The position numbers and the translations under genes were made by a program. Positions 17,485-27,608 of a stretch of DNA of 64,000 nucleotides are shown here, in pieces. The stretch's first letter is position 1; each line of letters starts with the position of its first letter. The notes below the pieces were generated by a model. It ran no database searches. It saw only the letters and a list, made by a program, of their open reading frames with translations, and was not told where the DNA came from. Source of the DNA: Candidatus Binatia bacterium (GTDB lineage: Bacteria > Desulfobacterota > Binatia > UBA9968 > JAJDTQ01); assembly GCA_963666515.2 (NCBI GenBank), contig OY762897.2, forward strand, positions 2,112,001 through 2,176,000, read 5' to 3'.

Positions 17485-18654
17485 TCACCCCCACAGCCGC
17501 TCGCTCGCCAGCCGCGCTCCCTCGGACATGGCCTGGAACTTGGCCCAGACGATGGCGGGGTGGATCTCCGGCACTTCCAGGGCCTGGGTGCCGAAGCCGC
17601 AGTCGCTGCCGGCGATGACGTTCTCGCGGCCGACCACGCTGGCGAAGCGTTCGAGGCGTTGGGCGATCAGCTCGGGGTGCTCCACCAGCACCGACGACTG
17701 GGTGATGACGCCGGGAATGATGAGCTTGCCGTCGGGCAGCTTCACGTCCTCCCATATCTTCCACTCGTGCTCGTGGCGCGGGTTGGACGCCTCGAAGGAG
17801 AAGGCGCCGGCGCGGATATTGAGCACGATGTCGATGTAGTCCTTCATCTCCATGTCGTAGACCCGGGGACCCATGTTGATGCCGTAGCAGGTGTGGTAGC
17901 GCACCCGGTCCTCGGGAATGTCCCGCAGCGCGTGGTTGATGGCCTCAATCTGCCCTTCGGCCCAGGCGCGGCACTGCTCGACGCTCAGGTCCGGGTTCTT
18001 GACGTAGTAGTTGATCAGCAGCGGGTCGTCGATCTGGAGCAGGAAGCCGGCGTCGACGATGGCCTGGTACTCCACCCGCAAGGCGTCGGCGATGGCGAAC
18101 AGGAACTCCTCGTCCGACTTGTAGTACTCGTTCTCCTGGTTGCCGGCCACGTCGCACGGGGAGATGGCGGGCACGAAGGCCTCGACGGCGCCGGCTTCCT
18201 CCACCGCGGCCTTCAGGTTCGCCAGATCCTGCGCAATGCGATCCTGGGCCTTGTAGACGATGGGGCCGGTGCACGCCATCTGCATGTTGCTGGGGTTGGG
18301 TTTGGCTCCCGGCACCGGGCTGTAGTAGCCGTAGTACTCGGGAAACGCTTCCGACTCCCGTGAGCCTGCCCAAGGCGACACCCGCACCCGCCCGGTAGGT
18401 GTGAGGCCGTCGAGGCGCTGGTGAGCGTAGACCGCGAACCCGCGCTTGCTGAACTCGCCGTCGTCGACGACGTCGACGCCGAGATCCATCTGGAAACGGA
18501 CGATGTCCCCCACCGCGGACCGGAGCTTGTCCTCGTACTCGGCCGGGTCCACCGCCCTGCCCTCGTTCTCCGCCAGCATCAACTCGATGAGTTGGCGGGG
18601 GCGCGGCAGGCTTCCGGTGTGGGTGACGAGAATACGGTCGGTGCTGTGCAGCAT
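17485..18654 (-). CDS. Cobalamin-independent methionine synthase II-like Zn enzyme
   Basis: THTGSLPRP, DDGEF, HTCYG, DCGF. Confidence 0.9.
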   Translation of the reverse strand: MLHSTDRILVTHTGSLPRPRQLIELMLAENEGRAVDPAEYEDKLRSAVGDIVRFQMDLGVDVVDDGEFSKRGFAVYAHQRLDGLTPTGRVRVSPWAGSRESEAFPEYYGYYSPVPGAKPNPSNMQMACTGPIVYKAQDRIAQDLANLKAAVEEAGAVEAFVPAISPCDVAGNQENEYYKSDEEFLFAIADALRVEYQAIVDAGFLLQIDDPLLINYYVKNPDLSVEQCRAWAEGQIEAINHALRDIPEDRVRYHTCYGINMGPRVYDMEMKDYIDIVLNIRAGAFSFEASNPRHEHEWKIWEDVKLPDGKLIIPGVITQSSVLVEHPELIAQRLERFASVVGRENVIAGSDCGFGTQALEVPEIHPAIVWAKFQAMSEGARLASERLWG

Positions 18655-18686
18655 GGTTACCTCCGGTGATAACGCCACCTCCTCCC

Positions 18687-18715
18687 CTGGATTCCCGCTT
18701 TCGCGGGAATGACGG
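18687..18715 (-). repeat. GTCATTCCCGCGAAAGCGGGAATCCAG REP-like palindrome
   Basis: Same family as 14078-14106, opposite orientation. Confidence 0.85.
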
Positions 18716-18739
18716 AGAGGATGGGTGGATTTGCAAACC

Positions 18740-19156
18740 CTACGCGTCGTTCACGGGCTTGAACTTGTAAAGGGTCCGGTCCTCGGTGACGTCGTCGAAC
18801 ACGACCTCCACGGGCATGTCGCAACTCAGCGCGTCGGGCTTGCAGCCCACCACGTTGGTGGTGAGGCGCGGGCCTTCGTCCAGCTCCACCACCACCAGGG
18901 CGTAGGGCAGCTCTTCCGCAAAGCCCTTGTGGTAGGCGCGGTGGTACACCCCGAAGGAGTATATCTTCCCCTTGCCGCTCACCCGGGTCCAGGTCCACTC
19001 GGTGCTCCAGCACTCGGGGCAGGTGGCGGTGGGCGGGAACCAGTGATTGGAGCAGGCGTCGCAACGGGGCACCAGCAGCTCATGGCGCTTGCAGCCGTCC
19101 CAGAACGGTTCGGATTCGACGGACGGCGGCGGCAGCGGCTTGTTGTACTCGCTCAT
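18740..19156 (-). CDS. DUF35 Zn-ribbon/OB-fold protein
   Basis: FWDG, CDAC..CPEC, VELDEGPR. Confidence 0.9.
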   Translation of the reverse strand: MSEYNKPLPPPSVESEPFWDGCKRHELLVPRCDACSNHWFPPTATCPECWSTEWTWTRVSGKGKIYSFGVYHRAYHKGFAEELPYALVVVELDEGPRLTTNVVGCKPDALSCDMPVEVVFDDVTEDRTLYKFKPVNDA

Positions 19157-20325
19157 CCGGCTTCCCTCCCCAGGATCAGCGCCGACTGGCACACGGTGTT
19201 GCCGCCGTGGCCGCTCACCAGGGCGATGTTGCAGTCCTTCACCTGCCGGTCGGGGGTGTGCTCGCGGCGCACTTGGCGGGCGCCTTCCAGCACCTGGAGC
19301 ATGCCCTCGATGTGTCCCTCGGAAAGCTGGCCGCCGGAGGTGTTGGTGGGCAGCACGCCGTCGGCCTCCAGCGCCCCGGAGGCGACGAAGGGACCGCCCT
19401 CACCCTTGGCGCAGAAGCCGTAGTCCTCGAGCTGCAGCAGCACCATGTGGGTGAAGCAGTCGTAGATCTGCGCGGTGTCCACGTCCTTGGGGCCGATGCC
19501 CGCCATCCTGTAGGCCGCCTCCCCGGCCTCCCTGGCGCCGGTGGTGATCATGTTGTCGCCGGCGTACCAGCCGCTCAGGCGGTTGCCGAAGCCGAAGCCC
19601 AGCACGTAGGCGGGCGGCTGCCGGAGGTCCCGGGCGCGTTCCGCGCTGGTCACCACCACCGCGCCGGCGCCGTCGATGAACACGCTGCAGTCGTACAGGC
19701 ACAGCGGATCCACGATGAGACGCGCGCTCAGGTACTCGTCCAGGGTCAAGGGCTTCTGCATGAACGCGTGCGGGTTCTTGCGGGCGTGGTTGCGGAACGC
19801 CACCGCGATGGCGCCGAGCTGCGCCTTGGTGGTACCGAAGCGCTCCATGTGGCGCCGCGCCGCCACGGCGTAGTTCACCGGCGCGCCGAACTGGCCGAAC
19901 TCCGAACCGAACTCCGAGTAGGTGCGGGGCCGGGAGGCGACCGCCTGCTTGGCCTCGGCGTTGCGGTGCGTGCGGGACCAGGTGTCCCGGCCGTAGCCCA
20001 CCACCACGGTGTTGCAGACGCCGGCCTCGATGGCCATGCACGCCATGGCCACGGCCATGGTCTGGCTGGCGCCGCCGTTGGCGGTGGAGGTGCTGTAGGT
20101 GACGTCGAGGCCCAGGGCCTCGCCCACCTTCTGGTGGTGGCAGTAGACGTCGTCCGGGCCGCGGGTGATGAGGCCGTCCACGTCCTCCTTCTTGAGGCCG
20201 GCGTCCTCGATGGCGTTCTTGGCCGCCACCGCGAAGAGCCCGATGGGGCCCATCTCCGGCACCTTGCCCAGGGGGCTCTGCCCCACGCCGACGATGGCGT
20301 ACTTGCCGCTCAGGTTCGTGCTCAT
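19153..20325 (-). CDS. SCP-x/Ltp2-like thiolase-fold protein
   Basis: Start reassigned to MSTNLSGKYAIVGVG; IYDCFT, NTSGGQLSEG; no Cys at the usual nucleophile position (NGGAS). Confidence 0.88.
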   Translation of the reverse strand: MSTNLSGKYAIVGVGQSPLGKVPEMGPIGLFAVAAKNAIEDAGLKKEDVDGLITRGPDDVYCHHQKVGEALGLDVTYSTSTANGGASQTMAVAMACMAIEAGVCNTVVVGYGRDTWSRTHRNAEAKQAVASRPRTYSEFGSEFGQFGAPVNYAVAARRHMERFGTTKAQLGAIAVAFRNHARKNPHAFMQKPLTLDEYLSARLIVDPLCLYDCSVFIDGAGAVVVTSAERARDLRQPPAYVLGFGFGNRLSGWYAGDNMITTGAREAGEAAYRMAGIGPKDVDTAQIYDCFTHMVLLQLEDYGFCAKGEGGPFVASGALEADGVLPTNTSGGQLSEGHIEGMLQVLEGARQVRREHTPDRQVKDCNIALVSGHGGNTVCQSALILGREAG

Positions 20326-20348
20326 GTGTTCCTCCTGTGTCCCGTGGC

Positions 20349-21149
20349 CTACCGGGCCTTCCACACCGCCGGGCGTTTCTCCGCGAAGGCGCGGGAGCCC
20401 TCTTTCTGGTCCTCGGTGGTGGAGAGCGCCAGGCCCAGGTCGCTCTCGAGCCTGAGGCCCTGCTCCAGGGGTAGCTGCATTCCCTTGGTGATGGCTTCCT
20501 TGATGGCGATGACCGACAGCGGCGCGCCCAGGCAGATCTTGCGCGCGATCTCCCGCGCCGCGTCCATGTAGCCGTCCACCGGCGCCACCTTGTTCACCAG
20601 GCCGATGCGAAACGCCTCGTGGGCGTCCACGGCCTCGCCGGTGAGGGACAGCTCCAGCGCCTTGGCCATGCCGACGAGCCGCGGCAGCCGCTGGGTGCCG
20701 CCGCCTCCGCCGAGCCGCCCGCGGCGCACCTCGAACATGCCGAGCTTGGCGTCCTCCGCGGCCACGCGGATGTCGCAGGCCAGCGCCAGCTCCAGGCCGC
20801 CGCCCACCGCGTAGCCCCGTATCGCCGCGATGGTGGGCTTTTCCATGGCGGCCACCACCATGTTCTGGCCCTGCGTGCTCGGCCGGTTCCGCACCCGCCG
20901 TTTCTCGAAGAAAGTCGAATCGTCCACTTCCCGCGCCCGTTCCTTCAGGTCGAGGCCGGTGGAGAAGGCCCGCTCCCCCGCCCCGGTGATGATGCACACC
21001 CACACGTCCGGGTCCGCGGACACCCGGCCGCAGGCGTCGTGCAACTCGTCCCGGGCCTTGTAGCTGATGGCGTTCATGGACTCGGGGCGGTTGAGGGTGA
21101 TGGTGGCCACATGGTCGGTGACGTCGTAGAGGATGTTGTCGTAGGTCAT
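20349..21149 (-). CDS. Enoyl-CoA hydratase/isomerase
   Basis: AFSTGLDL, GGGLELALACD, GGGTQRLPR. Confidence 0.92.
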   Translation of the reverse strand: MTYDNILYDVTDHVATITLNRPESMNAISYKARDELHDACGRVSADPDVWVCIITGAGERAFSTGLDLKERAREVDDSTFFEKRRVRNRPSTQGQNMVVAAMEKPTIAAIRGYAVGGGLELALACDIRVAAEDAKLGMFEVRRGRLGGGGGTQRLPRLVGMAKALELSLTGEAVDAHEAFRIGLVNKVAPVDGYMDAAREIARKICLGAPLSVIAIKEAITKGMQLPLEQGLRLESDLGLALSTTEDQKEGSRAFAEKRPAVWKAR

Positions 21150-21165
21150 CGAAGCTCCCGGTTTG

Positions 21166-21189
21166 GGGGCGACCGCGGGTCGCCCCTAC
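21166..21189 (-). repeat. GTAG-type REP
   Basis: GTAGGGGCGACCCGCGGTCGCCCC: GTAG plus palindrome. Confidence 0.75.
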
Positions 21190-21239
21190 CTGAGTGTTGC
21201 ACCTTGACGGCGGGCGACAGCCGGTTGCCCTTTCCCGGA

Positions 21240-23369
21240 TTACACCGTGATCAGCGCGTCCGCCACCGCCACCCCGCGGCCCTCGGGACGGACCATCACG
21301 GGATTCATCTCGACGGCGGTGAAGCGTCCGGCGTTGTGCGCCACGAAGTCGCCGAAGCGCACCACGCAGGCCACCAGCGCGCCCACGTCCCGGGGCTCGC
21401 CGCCCCGGAGACCACTCAATAGCGCGACGCCGCGCAGCTCCGCCAGCATCTCGCGCACGTCTTCCTCGTCCAGCGGCGGCAACCGGAAGGCGGCGTCCCG
21501 GAAGACCTCCACGTGGACGCCGCCCAGCCCCAGCGTCACCAGCGGCCCGAACTGCGGATCGTGCACCATGCCGACGAGGATCTCCAACCCGTCGACGACC
21601 ATCTCCTGCACCAGGACGCCGTCGATGCGGGCGTCCGGGTGGGCCGCCTGGACGTTCCGGACGACACGGAGATACGCCGTCTCCACCTCCTCGGCGGTCG
21701 CCGCGCCAAGATGGACGCCGCCGGCATCCGACTTGTGCGGCACGTCGGGCGACTGGACCTTCAGCGCCACCGGAAGGCCGAGGCTGCCGGCGATCTCGAC
21801 CGCCTGCTCGGGAGTGCCGGCCAGTTCTTCCCGGGTCATGGGGATGCCGGTGCGCTCCAGTATCCTCTTGCTCTCATGCTCGGTGAGCGCGCCGGCGCCT
21901 TCGGGCGGCCTGAAATCCACGGACGCCGCCGGCATCCGGATCCGCTCGTCCTTGCGGCGGAACGCCGCGTAGTCCACGAGCCGGCGCACGGCCTTCATCC
22001 CGCCCGCCACGTCCTCGAGAATGGGCACGCCGGTTTCGGCAGAAAACGCGCGGCAGTCGCCGGTGAGGCTGTTGGACGCAAGGGACAGCACGAACAGCGG
22101 CTTGGCCGAGCCCTTGGCGCACGCCACCGCCTGGTCGAGCAGCTTCTGCTGACCCGGCGCGGTCGTCCGCTTGACGCTCAGCGCCATGCCCACCGCGTCG
22201 ATGCCGTCGTCGCTCAAGAGCGTGTCGAGCACGGTCGTGAGATTGTCGCCCTGTTCGATGCGCGGCATCCCCACGGTGTCGATGGGGTTGCTGAAGGGCC
22301 GGTCCGCGACCCCGAGGATCTCCTGGAGCCTTCCATTCACGGCCGTGGACAGGGGCGGGCACTGGAGGCCCGCAACCGCGTTCACGTCGCTGATGAGCGC
22401 GGTGGCGCCGCCGGAAATGGTCAGGAACACGACCTTCTCCCCCGCCGGAAGACGCCCGTGAAGGAACAGGCCCGCGGTCTCCACCAACTCGTCGAGGCTT
22501 TCCACCGCGGCCACGCCGGTTTCCCGGAACAGCGCCTCGTAGGCTTCCCGCTGGCCGGCCAGGGTGCCGGTGTGGGCCACCGTGGCCCTCTGCCCGGACT
22601 CGGTCCGGCCCAGCTTCAACACCACCACGGGCTTCTTCCGGCTGGTGGAGGCCAGTACCCGGCGCAGCTTGGCGCCGTCCTTGGCGCCCTCCATGATGCA
22701 GGCGATGACGCGGGTCTCGGGGTCGCCGGCGAGGTACTCGATGTAGTCGGCCATCTCCACCACCGCCTCGTTGCCGCTGGAGATGATGTAGTTGAAGCCG
22801 ATGCCGCGGCTGGCGCCCAACTCGGTGACGGCGTTGGTCAAGCCCCCGCTCTGGGAGATGAGCGAGACGCCTCCGGGCGCCAGGTCTTGCGGAATCGAGA
22901 AATAGGAATTGGCGAAGCCGTACCGGAGGCTCGCCACCCCCATGCAGCAGGGACCGGTGACGGCCATGCCTCCGGCGGAAGCCAGACGCTGAAGCTCCTG
23001 TTGGCGCCGCCGGCCTGCCGCGGTATCGCCGTCCGAGAAGCCCTCCGCCACCACGATGCCCGAGGGCACCCCCGCGGCAACGGCCTCCTCCACCACCCCC
23101 AGCACGCGGGTGACCGGCAACGCCACCACCACGCAATCGGGCACCTCCGGCAGGCCGTCGATGGACGGATAGCACGGCCTGTCCTGGATCTCCGTGTAGT
23201 TGGGATTGACCGGGTAGACCGCGCCTCGGAAACCCGACGCAAGGACGTTCCCCAGGATGCGTCCGCCCGTGCCCCCCTTGGGGGACGCCCCGACAACGGC
23301 CACCGATCGCGGCCGGAGCAAGGCCTGGAGGTTGGCGTTCCCGCTCATAGTCCGTTGGGAATCAGTCAC
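21240..23369 (-). CDS. ADP-forming acyl-CoA synthetase (acetate-CoA ligase family)
   Basis: PRSVAVVGAS, SQSGG, AHTGTLAG phospho-His, HKSDAGGV ATP-grasp. Confidence 0.92.
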   Translation of the reverse strand: MTDSQRTMSGNANLQALLRPRSVAVVGASPKGGTGGRILGNVLASGFRGAVYPVNPNYTEIQDRPCYPSIDGLPEVPDCVVVALPVTRVLGVVEEAVAAGVPSGIVVAEGFSDGDTAAGRRRQQELQRLASAGGMAVTGPCCMGVASLRYGFANSYFSIPQDLAPGGVSLISQSGGLTNAVTELGASRGIGFNYIISSGNEAVVEMADYIEYLAGDPETRVIACIMEGAKDGAKLRRVLASTSRKKPVVVLKLGRTESGQRATVAHTGTLAGQREAYEALFRETGVAAVESLDELVETAGLFLHGRLPAGEKVVFLTISGGATALISDVNAVAGLQCPPLSTAVNGRLQEILGVADRPFSNPIDTVGMPRIEQGDNLTTVLDTLLSDDGIDAVGMALSVKRTTAPGQQKLLDQAVACAKGSAKPLFVLSLASNSLTGDCRAFSAETGVPILEDVAGGMKAVRRLVDYAAFRRKDERIRMPAASVDFRPPEGAGALTEHESKRILERTGIPMTREELAGTPEQAVEIAGSLGLPVALKVQSPDVPHKSDAGGVHLGAATAEEVETAYLRVVRNVQAAHPDARIDGVLVQEMVVDGLEILVGMVHDPQFGPLVTLGLGGVHVEVFRDAAFRLPPLDEEDVREMLAELRGVALLSGLRGGEPRDVGALVACVVRFGDFVAHNAGRFTAVEMNPVMVRPEGRGVAVADALITV

Positions 23370-23624
23370 TTAGCGGCATTCCGGTACGGGTTGCGCCGCA
23401 CGGGCCGGCTGTCGGATGCCCGACGGCTGCCGGACCCTATCTTCACAACTGCGCGAATTTACACGAAAAAACGATGCGCAGAAATTGTGCAATTTGTTGA
23501 ATCCCGGATGAACAGGGCCGTTTTACGCGCGTCCGCGCCCAATACACAGGTTTTTCCACAGACCCTGTTACCAAATTGACATGCTCTCGTAACATTGACA
23601 CCCGTCGCCTCGGTCCGCCTGATC

Positions 23625-24689
23625 CTACGTGACGGTGGGGACGCCCGGGTCCTCGGGCTCCTGGCCGTCGTGGTCCCGCACGTGGTCGTACTGCCGCGCG
23701 AACCAGCGCATGTAATCGCCGTAGGTCGTGGGCTCGTAGCGGGGCGGGTTGTCCGGCCCCTGGCACGTGGGCAGACAGGCCATGGGGAAGTCGTGGGTGG
23801 CGTCGAAGAAGAACGGGATGGCGTAGCGGTCCCGGCCGGCGTTGCGGTTGACCACCCGGTGAGGGGTGGACAGGAACCGGTGGTTGGTCCACCGCCGCAG
23901 CATGTCCCCGGAATTGACCAGGAAGGTGCCGGGCGCCGCCGGCGCGTCGGTCCACTCTCCCGACGGCATGCGGATGGCCAGGCCCGGCAGCTCCGACTGC
24001 GGCAGCATGGTGAGGAAGCTCGAATCGGTATGCGGGGCCAGACCGTACTGGCCGGCGTCGCCCTGCTCCGCGGGCGGGTAGTGGGACATCCGCAGGGTGT
24101 ACTGGGGTTCCCTGAACGCCTCGTCGAAGTAGTCCCGCGGCAGCTCCAACGCCGCGGCATAGAGCGGCAGCATGCGCTTGCAGAGCTGCTCCATCGCGTC
24201 CAGGTAGGCCGCCACGGTCTCCCGGAAACCGGGCAGGACGCGCGGGTCGGGCCATGGATTGGCGCAGCGGTAGCGCACCCCCGCCACCACGTCGGGATGG
24301 TCGAGGGGAAGGTCCCTCTTAAGGAAGTACGCCTCCACGAAGTTGGGCCGCGTCGCCTTCTCCACCCGGGAGCTGCGGGACACGTACCCGTTCACCGGCA
24401 TGTATCCCACGTTGTGCTCGTTGCCCCGGACCGCCATCTTCTCGGCCAGCGGCCGGGCGTGGAAACGGGCGCACTGGGCGAAGACGTCGTCGATGAGGGC
24501 CTGGGACACGCCGTGGCCGTGGATGTAGTAGAAACCCACCCGCTCCAGGGCATGGCGCAACTCCGCGGCCAGGGACTCCATCGCGCCGGGAGCGCCGGCC
24601 ATGAAACCGGCCAGTTCCAGGACAGGGATGCCGCTTTCGACCGCGGCGGCAAGCTCGGGCTCGCGCAAGGCCTTGGCCATGCCGCTCAC
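23625..24689 (-). CDS. IPNS-family 2OG-Fe(II) oxygenase
   Basis: HTD...STPHRV, RYAIPFF. Confidence 0.9.
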   Translation of the reverse strand: MSGMAKALREPELAAAVESGIPVLELAGFMAGAPGAMESLAAELRHALERVGFYYIHGHGVSQALIDDVFAQCARFHARPLAEKMAVRGNEHNVGYMPVNGYVSRSSRVEKATRPNFVEAYFLKRDLPLDHPDVVAGVRYRCANPWPDPRVLPGFRETVAAYLDAMEQLCKRMLPLYAAALELPRDYFDEAFREPQYTLRMSHYPPAEQGDAGQYGLAPHTDSSFLTMLPQSELPGLAIRMPSGEWTDAPAAPGTFLVNSGDMLRRWTNHRFLSTPHRVVNRNAGRDRYAIPFFFDATHDFPMACLPTCQGPDNPPRYEPTTYGDYMRWFARQYDHVRDHDGQEPEDPGVPTVT

Positions 24690-25240
24690 CCGGTGGGAAG
24701 GACCGGCATGCCATCGGGAGCGCCGATCTCGAAGGCGTTGAGGGAGCAGGCCAGGGCCACGTAGCCGCCGATGATGCCGGTCAGCTCCGCCAGCCGGTGG
24801 TTGCCGAGGCGGTCTCGCAACGCCCGGAAGGTCGGCTCGGTCACGCGATGGGGCGGCCGGAGAAGCTCCTGGACGTACTTGACGAACGCCGCTTCATCGT
24901 CGTCCAGGCCCTCGGGCGCCCTGCCGTCGCGGATAGCGGCCACCGTCTCCTCCGGCACCCCGGCGTCCAGGGCGTGGCCGGAGTGGGCGGCCCACTCGTA
25001 AACGCAGTCCATCTCCCGCGCCACCGTGCAGATGACCAGTTCCTTCTCCCTCAGGGGGAAGTCGGAGGTGAACAGCGAGTACCCTACCAAGTGCGCGGTG
25101 CGCGCGGCCAGATCCGGACAGTGGAGCAGGTTGGCGTAGGGCGCGCTGATGCGCTTCCGGCTCGCCATGATGGAGTCGTAGTGGTGCCGCTGGTCCTCCG
25201 GTATGGCCTCGCGTTCGGTCAGCTCGGGCAAGCGGGACAT
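24686..25240 (-). CDS. Carboxymuconolactone decarboxylase/AhpD-like protein
   Basis: KELVICTVARE..CVYEWAAH. Confidence 0.85.
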   Translation of the reverse strand: MSRLPELTEREAIPEDQRHHYDSIMASRKRISAPYANLLHCPDLAARTAHLVGYSLFTSDFPLREKELVICTVAREMDCVYEWAAHSGHALDAGVPEETVAAIRDGRAPEGLDDDEAAFVKYVQELLRPPHRVTEPTFRALRDRLGNHRLAELTGIIGGYVALACSLNAFEIGAPDGMPVLPTG

Positions 25241-25259
25241 GCTGAATTCCTTCCGGCCG

Positions 25260-26735
25260 TCACAGCGCCGGCGTGGTGGCCGGCGGCTTGCGGTGGTTCG
25301 TGGCCTGTTCGTAGGCGTAGGCGAACCGGATCATGCGTGCATCGTCGTACGGCCGCCCCAGGAAAGTGATGCCGCCGGGAAGGCCGTCCCGGGTGAAACC
25401 TCCGGGCACCACCACCGAGGAGACGAAGATCAGGAACGTGTTGATGTGCGGCACTCCCCGCATGTTGACCCAGGGCGGCTGGATGCCGTCACGGATGAGG
25501 GTGGGCTGGTGTTCCACCGACTTGTGCACGATGGCGTCGAGCCGGTGGTCGGCCATGACCTTCAACAGGTTGCCCATGAGCTTTTCGCGCGCCAGCAGGT
25601 ACTGGTAGTGCTTGTCGGCGTCCAGCGGCGCCTTCCAGCGGTTCTGGGCGTTGTAGTGGACCTTGGCGAACTCCGGCGACGCCATGGCCTCCTGGCGCGA
25701 TTCGAACGGCCGCTTGGCGCTTCTGTGGTAGTACAGCTTGAACGCCTCGTCGGCGTTCTTGGGGTTCCATGACCGCTGTGCCAGCAGCTCGTTTAGCTGC
25801 GGTATCTCCACCGGGTCCACCACCTCGGCTCCGGCGGCCTGGAGGTCCGCCACCGCCCGGTCGAACAGCTCGGTGATCTGCCGGAAATCGTCGGTGTCGG
25901 GCTCCGAGGTGTGGCCCATGGGCTCGCGCAGGATACCCAGACGGGCGCCGCCGAGTCCATTGGCGTCAAGGGAATCGGTGTAGCTCGAAGGGACGTGGCC
26001 GACGCCGCGGGCGGTCACCGGGTCCTCGGGATCGTAGCCCACCATCGCGTCCAGCAGCTTGGCCATGTCCGTCACGGTGCGCCCCATGGGTCCCAGCGAG
26101 CCGGTCATGTCGGGCCAACCGTCATAGACGCCGCCCCGGCTCACGAGCCCGGGCGTGGGGCGCATGCCGGCGACGCAGTTCCAGGTGGACGGCCGGCGGA
26201 TGGAGGCGTAGCCCTCCTGTCCCACCGCCACGGTGGCGAAGTTCGCGGCCAGCGCCCCGCCGGAGCCGCCGGAGGAGCCGCCCACCGTGCGCTCGACGTC
26301 GTAGGGGTTGCGGCTGGAGCCGAACAGCGAGCCGTGGGTGTCGCCCCCGCCCAGTTCGCCCAGGGTGGCCTTGGCCAGGATGATGGCGCCGGCCGCCTTG
26401 AGCTTCTCCGCCACGGTGCAGTCGCGGTCCGGGTAGAAGTCCTTGAACAGCACGCTGCCCAGGGTGGTGGGCATGCCCTTGACGTCGCCCTGGTCCTTGA
26501 AAACGATCGGAATGCCGTGGAGCGGGCCGGTGAGAGGCGAGGCGCCGAGCCGGTCGGCTTCCTCCAGGGCGTTGGGGTTGACGGTGATGATGCAGTTCAG
26601 CGCCGGCCCCTTCTTGTCATAGGCCTCGATCCGGTCCAGGTAAGCCTGCACCAGTTGGCGCGGGGTCAACTGCCCCGACTGATACGCCTTGTGGACGGCC
26701 TCGATGGTGGTTTCCACCACGTCGAAATTGCTCAT
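25260..26735 (-). CDS. Amidase signature family
   Basis: GPLHGIPIVFKD, GGSSGGS, SIRRPS. Confidence 0.92.
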   Translation of the reverse strand: MSNFDVVETTIEAVHKAYQSGQLTPRQLVQAYLDRIEAYDKKGPALNCIITVNPNALEEADRLGASPLTGPLHGIPIVFKDQGDVKGMPTTLGSVLFKDFYPDRDCTVAEKLKAAGAIILAKATLGELGGGDTHGSLFGSSRNPYDVERTVGGSSGGSGGALAANFATVAVGQEGYASIRRPSTWNCVAGMRPTPGLVSRGGVYDGWPDMTGSLGPMGRTVTDMAKLLDAMVGYDPEDPVTARGVGHVPSSYTDSLDANGLGGARLGILREPMGHTSEPDTDDFRQITELFDRAVADLQAAGAEVVDPVEIPQLNELLAQRSWNPKNADEAFKLYYHRSAKRPFESRQEAMASPEFAKVHYNAQNRWKAPLDADKHYQYLLAREKLMGNLLKVMADHRLDAIVHKSVEHQPTLIRDGIQPPWVNMRGVPHINTFLIFVSSVVVPGGFTRDGLPGGITFLGRPYDDARMIRFAYAYEQATNHRKPPATTPAL

Positions 26736-26744
26736 GCGGTTCTC

Positions 26745-27581
26745 CTAGAAAAACGCCAGGGTGCGCATCTCGATGCTCTCCCGGGCCGGCGCATCGGGAG
26801 GCGTGTCGGGGTCGTCGAAGGCGCAGTGCAGGGTCCAGCGGGCGCGCCCGTCCTTCTCGGACTCGAAGGTCTTGAACACCACGGCCTCGTGGCGCTCCAT
26901 GTGCGGAAAGTAGTACCAGTAGTGCCTGGGATTGAAGGTGTAGTGCAGCGTCTCGCCGCGCCGGTCCGGGTAGATGCGCGCGGTGGGGATGGCGCCCTCC
27001 ATGCCGGTGCTGCCGGCGTCGCAAATGGCCAGCGGATCCCGAATCACCGGCCGGTTGATGGGACGCCAGGTCTGGATCACGCCGAACCGGCCCTTGAGTA
27101 GCTCCTCGGCTTCGTCCGGCAGAATGTCGCGCACCCGCTGCGGCCCGGACCAGTCCGTGTAGTCGTTGTGGGCGCCGCGCACCGGGCCGCCCACCTGCTT
27201 CGCCTCCCGCGTGGCCTCGTCGCCCGAGCGCAGCGTGTGGTCGAACACCACCACGCGTTTCGCCCCGGAGGTCTTCTTCACCAGCTCCTCGGTCTCCTTG
27301 TAGTAGACCGTGCGCACCTCTTCCTCGTCGTAGAAGTCCTTCATTTGCGTGTCGTGGCGCACCAGCACGAAGCCCTCGCGCTCCAGCGAAAGCCCCCCGG
27401 CCAGGAGCCGCGCGTTGTGGATAGCGACCGTGTGGCTCTCGTAGTTGCCCCTGCGCCTTCGGTCGGCCTCCTTCTGGCTCATGCCGCCGTAGCTCGCGGG
27501 GGCCTCGGTGTCTTTCTTGAGGTAGTTGACCACGCCCTGTATGCATTCCGGCTGTGCCGCCTCTTGGGGTCTTGCCATCAC
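26745..27581 (-). CDS. CmcJ/NvfI/AsaB-like oxidoreductase
   Basis: FDHTLR, HNDYT, WRPI..DPLAICDA, HCAF, RESIEMR. Confidence 0.85.
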   Translation of the reverse strand: MMARPQEAAQPECIQGVVNYLKKDTEAPASYGGMSQKEADRRRRGNYESHTVAIHNARLLAGGLSLEREGFVLVRHDTQMKDFYDEEEVRTVYYKETEELVKKTSGAKRVVVFDHTLRSGDEATREAKQVGGPVRGAHNDYTDWSGPQRVRDILPDEAEELLKGRFGVIQTWRPINRPVIRDPLAICDAGSTGMEGAIPTARIYPDRRGETLHYTFNPRHYWYYFPHMERHEAVVFKTFESEKDGRARWTLHCAFDDPDTPPDAPARESIEMRTLAFF

Positions 27582-27608
27582 GCCCTCCTTCGGATCGGGA
27601 AATCCTGA

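Noticed and set aside
23552-23560. DnaA-box-like TTTTCCACA in an AT-rich gap
   Set aside because: Single copy with no origin context; more likely ordinary promoter DNA
23625-27581. Beta-lactam/cephamycin biosynthesis suggested by IPNS-like and CmcJ-like names
   Set aside because: No ACV synthetase or NRPS is present; both families are broad
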